This document shows positions 57,403 through 64,000 of a stretch of DNA of 64,000 bases, in pieces. Each line of letters opens with the position of its first letter. Position 1 is the first letter of the stretch. Under the pieces are notes generated by a model. That model saw nothing but the letters and a program-made list of their open reading frames with translations. It searched no databases and was not told the DNA's origin. Origin of the DNA: Paraspadella gotoi. Its lineage: Eukaryota > Animalia > Chaetognatha. Location: contig CM119269.1 of the NCBI GenBank assembly GCA_051294375.1, positions 18,526,471 through 18,590,470 on the forward strand, read 5' to 3'. A program made the position numbers and the translations under genes.

Positions 57403-59673
57403 ACGATTGGAATCCGACGTCGACGACCGCGGAAGATAATGCTGAAGGATACGAAATGTCGAAAAACGGAGGGATGTTTTCAAATGAAGTTAAAAATAGT
57501 TTTCAATATGAAATAATGTTGGATGGCTAGGAAATTGATTCAAGCGGTTTTAAAGGCAAGATTTGCTTCGTCTGCAGCGTGCTATAAAGGTAAGGTTGAA
57601 ATGGAGCGTAACTGGAGCGGAGACAAGGAGCGACGGTGGATCGACGACGATGGGATGCAGAGAGAACGGGGAGGGGGAACTGGAGCAAGTCTATAAGGAT
57701 GCGATGGAAAAAACACAAGGAGCAACAATGATGGATTCCACCTCGGCGTGACGAACGGCTGGAGCGGATTGCCACGGGGTGAGCGTCATCTTGGCTGGGG
57801 TAAAGGCGATGGTGGCCTTACCCAAAGGGGGGTGGGTGGCGGGCTGGTGGGGTTTCCTCACGATCCTCAGTTCCCCTCGGGGCGAAGGCGACTTTTCTTG
57901 GCGGGTGACGGATGTCGCAACCGCGTTTTTTTTACGAGCGGAGAAGACGACGACGGAGATGACGCTCGCGACGCACAAACCCGTTCGAAACGCCATCTAC
58001 CTTGCCAAACATTATTTCACTTTACCTTGCCGTTTGAAAGTCATCTACCTTGCTAATATCCATGCAATCGAAATTGGCATTTGCAAGTCATGTACTTAAG
58101 AAAAATTGGCACCTGCTTTCGTTCTTGGGCAGAAATGGGCACCTCTCTCTCTCTCTCTCTCTCTCTCCTCTGCTCTCTCTATCTCATAGCTCCTACTCTC
58201 TCAGAGCTCATCCCTCCTTTTCTTTCGTCTTGTGTCTGCATCTTTCTACTCTCTACTACTATATATCAAAAATTTTCCCAAAGCCCTGACTGACTCGTCT
58301 TCAATCCTCCAAAGACCAGTGATTTCTTTAATCGAACCCCGTGTCCACGTCGTGGACCATCTCTCTCTCTCTCTCTCCTCTCACTTCTCTGCTCTCTCTC
58401 ATCTTCTCAACTCTCTCTACTACTCCATCCTCTACTCATCTCCTCTCTCGCCTCTCTCCTAAACACACCTCAATTACCGTTAACGTCAGATCAATGCTAT
58501 AAACTCAGCAATGAACAAATTGATTTCGCTCCATGAAAGATGTTTTTGTTTGTTTTTTTTATTCTGTTTACCAATATTATCATTTGTTTTCAACTGTTAC
58601 TTGTATACATAAACTTTTATACACCAACTGTTACTTTTGTACGTAAATTTGATTTTAGTAGTTGTGTTTTTTTTTTCTGTTTTTTTTTTTTTTTTTTTTT
58701 TTTTTGGTATTTTTGAATTAAATTTTCATCTGTTTTTTAAATCTGACAATCATCTCTTTCACACCTTTTAAATTTGCAAAATTATGTTGTTCTTTTTTTT
58801 TTCAGCTCAAGTTCACACTATTGAGTCTGTCCAGCACTTTATTTATCTCCTCTAGTATATTCGTTTATCATAACCTTTTTTAATTTTATTATTCTTCTTT
58901 CCTCCTATCTTTCCTCCTTCCACTACTTTCCTTTTTGATTCTATTTTCCTTCCTCCCTCTTTCTTCTTCTCCCATATATTCCTAATCGTTTTTTTTTCTC
59001 TGTTTGAATTCGTCCGAGTTTTGAATCCTCCGTAGCAGAGCTAGAGGCAGCTGGAGGTGCTGCAGAAGCCGCGGCAGAAGAAACGACGTAGCTGCAGTAA
59101 GAAAGCTGCAGGAAAAGCAGCTTCGCGTCGACACTTAATGATTTTTCATCTGTTACGCGGGGGTTGATCCTTCACACAGAATTCATTCGGGTCGCGCTTC
59201 GCTTCAAGTTCATTGATATCTACTCCATATTCAGATTTGAAACGGAGTCGTTTTGTAAATACTGTCAGAAGCTTTTTTATACTTCCTTGGATAAGGCTTC
59301 TCAACGTAGCGCGATTCTGCTAAATTTAGAATTTAAAATTTAAAATTTGGGGCCTAAAAACATATTTGTAAGTAGAACAAAGCTTGAGATTCAGCCTCAT
59401 TCCCTCGGGACATAACGCGGTCGTAAAGTTAACGAATTACTTTCCGGAAAATAAAACATTTTTACCGAAAGAACAATGAAGAGCAACTCATCCTTGATTT
59501 CTGAAAGAAAGAAAAAAGAAAAAAGAAAAGAAGGAAAGGAAGGTAATTGAAAATTATAACGTGAGAAAGGGGAGGAGGAAGAGGAAGATGAGGAGGAAGA
59601 GGTGGAATGGAAAAAAGGAAGGAAGAGGAAGAATTAGAAAAGAGAAGAGAGAGAGAGAGAGAGAGAGTAGAGA

Positions 59674-59718
<45 letters not shown>

Positions 59719-60622
59719 TTGGAAGGCCACCAACTCGGCAGCCAAAGCGTCGAACGGTAAATTAGAAAAAAGTCATCAAGCCCGTCGGCCGGCGTCCAAG
59801 TTTATGGCACTAAAGTTGTTACGGTGCCGTAAAAAAAAAGATGAAATGGGGGGAAAAAAGACGAGGGATGACGCTGAATTATTCGCCTCCGAGGGGCGGC
59901 GCCCTCGCTCGTTTCCGGAATGCGTCCCTCGTCGTCGTTGTTGTAGTTGTTGGAAACACGTTGCTGTTAAAGTTTTCGTAGTTTGCTGTCGATATAAGTT
60001 GCGTTTGTCGCCTTGTTATTATTGTTATTCTTAATTAAAATTATAGTCCTTGTTCGAACAGCGGTTCCTTTAATCTAGTAATAGTTTTTATCTTATCAGA
60101 TTTGAATAAATAAATGTCAAGTTCTCTTTTCCCCCGTTTCCAACGACCGACGCCATCCGCAACGCGTCGTCCCCGCGACTCCTGCAAAGCGTCTCCCATA
60201 ACCGCCTCATGACTTACGACTTAAAATCAACTATTAGAAAATCGTGTTGCTCCAAATCGGAGCATTTACCTTTAAACCCGGTAGAGAAAAAATAAATAAA
60301 AAATTTAAAAAAAAGAAAAATTGTCCTTTTCACGCTTTCGCTATTGTCAGAATCAAGAATCGGGCTTAGGGATTCATTTTTTGACAATTATTTTAAAAAA
60401 TTAAATCAATATATCAATTTTACCTCGACGGTATTTTGAACTAAATACACGTAAAAAAGCCTTATTCTTTGTTCCAACGATAAGGGACAGGGTGAGCCAC
60501 GTAGAAACGCGAGAGAAAATTATTTGAGTCAGAAAACCAAAGGAACTACATCTCATGGCCGGCGAGGGCGCTTACGTTTGACGGCGGGAGGCGCGACCAC
60601 GAGTCCGGGAGGCCAGGAAGCG

Positions 60623-61944
60623 ATGGGTAACAAGGCGGGACGCTCAGCCGCAGAGGCCGGAACCGATCTGGCGGCGAGGCGGGACGACGACGAAGACGAC
60701 GATGACGAGAGCCTCATCGACGGAGGGTTGGAGGCGCGAGGTGAGGCGACGCTTCCGATCGAGGAAGCGGACGTGACGGAGCCGGAGGCTGGAGGCGGAG
60801 TAGGAGTGACAGAGGAATGCTATCCCGTTATCAAGGTCATCTCAAACATCTCTACAACTTCGTTAAAGGAGGTCAGACTAATCGAACAAAACAAATAATT
60901 AATCAGTCAATCAAATCAATCAGTCAGTCAATCAATCAGGTTTCGACGCGGTGCGACCAACCCCGAAAGCCTCGGCGGAAGCGTCGGGTGGCGTCGGTGG
61001 ACGGGATCGTCTCCGAGGCCACCACCTTCGTCATCTACAGCGAGACGTCGTCGAGCGGAGTGAGTGGTGATGTTTTTAGTGTTGCTGTTGACAATGATGA
61101 TGATGATGATGACGATGATGATGATGATGATGAGTGATGATGAGAAGCGATGATGATGAATGATGATGATGATGATGATGATAATAATGATGAATATAAT
61201 GATGATCGCAACAACCGCCCAGGACTCTCATCACGGCAAGATGGACTCGTCGTCCTCTCGCCACGCCCGAGGCGACGCCGGTGGCGCCATCGCCCCTTTC
61301 ATCGCCGGAATGGACGCCGGCTGCGCCGCCCCTCAAGTCTATTCGTGCGCGTCGGCGTCGGTCGATTCCATCTCCGCCTCCGATTCGGCGTCGAATTCCG
61401 CGTGGAAACCGGGAGAAGACGACGTCAACGTCAACCAGAACCAGAAGGCGTATCAAGACGATAATTCTAAGGTAAGGGTGGGTAAGTTTAGGATTAAGGG
61501 TAAGGCTGGCCAGAGGAGGCAGGAAGAATGACGGTGGGCGTTAACAAACTTCGCGAGAAGAAAGAAACAAGTTTGAAGAAAAACGAAATTGAAATAATGA
61601 GTGGATTACGTCCGATGGAATCTCCTGATATCGAGGTGTCGCTATTTTAGAATTCATTTCTTTGCCTAATATTACTATCGGGGAATTCCTGCACGAGCGA
61701 AACTTGCCTCACGTTTTTTTTTTTTGTCGAGTTTTTTTATAGTTTTTCTTATCTGTCGTCAGATACGCCGAAATCACTAAACGCTCTTTGCTTCGTTTTT
61801 CGTTTTGCCCCCTTTTTTTGGGGGGGCCAGATCTTTCCCGAGGGGTGCATCCTGAACAGCCCCTTCGTTTGGGTCGCGATCGCCTTCCTTATGACCCTCG
61901 TCATCGTCGCCTTCGTCATCATCTGGCAAACCAAACGTCAATAA
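60623..61944 (+). CDS. Uncharacterised probable tail-anchored membrane protein, 4 exons
   Basis: Exons 60623-60871, 60940-61059, 61224-61471 and 61831-61944 join in phase 0 through GT-AG introns. Acidic, disordered body followed by a C-terminal hydrophobic helix FVWVAIAFLMTLVIVAFVIIW and QTKRQ*. Further upstream exons are possible. Confidence 0.55.
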
Positions 61945-62121
61945 TTCAATTGTGAAAAGACAATAACCAAAAAGGAAAAAAAGGTTTTATTTATCCTCTC
62001 AAAATGAAAGAAACATTGTTTTTCGAGTTATTTTTAGTTTATGCTCATGAAAAAAAGGTCAAGAAAGTAAAACGCGAAATAAAAAAAAAAATCTACTGCG
62101 TCAGTTTTTTAAATGTTAGAG

Positions 62122-62220
<99 letters not shown>

Positions 62221-62495
62221 CGGGCTGATATTGTCCGGAGAGACGAGGCGGAGGAGATAATCGAAATCGAATGTATGATATGGAAATGGAATTCTGGCTT
62301 TGCCACCCGGGCCAAGAAGGGGAGGAAGAGGAGGAGAGAGGAGAGGGAGGAGGAGAAGAGGGAGGAAAGGAGGAAGAAAGAGAGGAAAGAATTCTGGTTT
62401 GCCACCCGGGCGAGAAGAAATGAAAGAGGAAAAGAAAGAGGGAGGGAGGGAGGGATAGAAATTTTTCTTTGCTCGCCCGGGCGATGAAATTAGGG

Positions 62496-62596
<101 letters not shown>

Positions 62597-64000
62597 CGAG
62601 GAGAGAGCAAAGAAGTCGACCCGTTTTGGCAACCAGAGCGGGCGAAATGCCGGGGGCGAGAGAAATATTCCGGCGGAAAGACGACGAAGACGACGAAGCA
62701 TAAAAAATAAATTTGATAAATGATGTATGAATCCGAGGGAATTAGCGCGAATCGCGAGTTTTATGGTATTGCGAAGGCCGAAGGAAGTTCGAGATAGAGT
62801 TAGATTTTCTTTTATATAAATACAGTATGATTTGGTTTTTATTTTGGATTGGATTATTGGATTATTCAGTCACAGTTACAGTTTGGTGACTTCCGAGCAT
62901 TATATTTCTGTTTTTGTTATAGTAACGCTGAAGTTTTGAACCGAGTTGGAACTAGATCTATCGCTACTTGAGTAACGAAAAATATATGCAAAGATTTAGC
63001 GCAACTTTTCGAATCAACTCCCTGCCATTGGATTTGGCACATCGAGCCGTTCGCCCTTCCTTTCCGTTTCCCCATTTTTGCCATTCGCTTCGCCGTGCGC
63101 CGTGAATTCTGTGCCACGCGTCCTGCCATTGATTGCCATTAGCTCCGCAATTCGCGGTCCCTTTTACGACGATTGTCTTTTGTGATGGAATCGTCGTCGT
63201 CGTCGTCGTCGTCGTCGTCATCATCACTGGGTCACGTGACTGGAGGGATCGTTTCACCGATGACTTTACACGGCGAACATCGGTGTCGGAATAAAACAAT
63301 TTAAAGAATTTAAGATTACCCAAGCTAACGAAAACTTTTTAAAAGTTTTCATATATTGAGATTAAAATAGTAAGATGTTTAATTTCTAAAAGAAAAAAAA
63401 TAAAGATAATGAAATATTATAAAAATATTTAAAATATTTTTTTTTTTCGGTCTGGAAAGCGGCGTGCCGAGTGATGACTCCTTCGATCGCTCTCCTCATA
63501 ATCGCTTCTTCTTTGTATTCGAAGCAAAAAAATCGTCGATTCTCTCTCTCTCTCTCTCTCTCGCTTCTCTCTCTCCTCCTCATCTCTCCTCTCTCTCTCC
63601 TCTCTCTCTCTCTCACTTCATTGACTCCGATCATCCCGGTTGAGAGAGAAAAAACTTAATCCAAAGCCTCAGGCCCCCGAACCCGAGGGGGAAGGAAAAT
63701 TAGGAGTGAGCTACGTAAAAGGAGCGCTGTAAGATCAGAAGAGGATTGGAGTGAAAGCATTCCCGAACTTTATTATTACCGTGATGGAAAGAGGAAATAG
63801 GGTGGCAAAAAATGGTTAAAGCGAAAAAATATTTATTTTTTTTCTTGTTTTTTTACAGGAGAATCGAAATCGCACCTGTAATACTGGCAAGTTTTATGAA
63901 ACAATTTTAGAAACTTAGTGTGCAAGGAGCGAGAGATTGGAGAAGGAGGAAGAGTTTTGAGAGATGAGATTATTTGCAGAGAGGTATTTCATAGGAAGAA

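Noticed and set aside
57403-58056. GC-rich stretch with overlapping ~100-aa ORFs on both strands
   Set aside because: No recognisable domain or consistent splice chain, and adjacent gaps prevent a model. It may still be exonic.

Overview
Gene-dense animal genomic window with GC-rich exons, short AT-rich GT-AG introns, many (GA)n/(GTC)n/(GAT)n microsatellites and two N gaps. I assembled the gene models by hand from splice sites and reading phase. In order: the 5' part of CHD1 (-); an XK-related membrane protein (+); a furin-2/PCSK5-like proprotein convertase (-) with three alternative C-termini and an intronless hairy/E(spl) (HES) gene nested on the same strand in its first intron; SYVN1/HRD1 (-); WDR44 (-); an unusual GPGG-repeat protein ending in a REEP/TB2-DP1 domain (-); a GH3 beta-xylosidase-like gene (-) whose intron holds a minimal hammerhead ribozyme inside a 59-bp inverted repeat; a secreted modular trypsin-like protease with a basic repeat tract and 9 LDLa modules (+); and a small probable tail-anchored protein (+). 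Non-autonomous transposons (Helentron/DINE-like elements, MITEs) are common, and some are nested. Exon limits are manual predictions and were not checked against transcripts.
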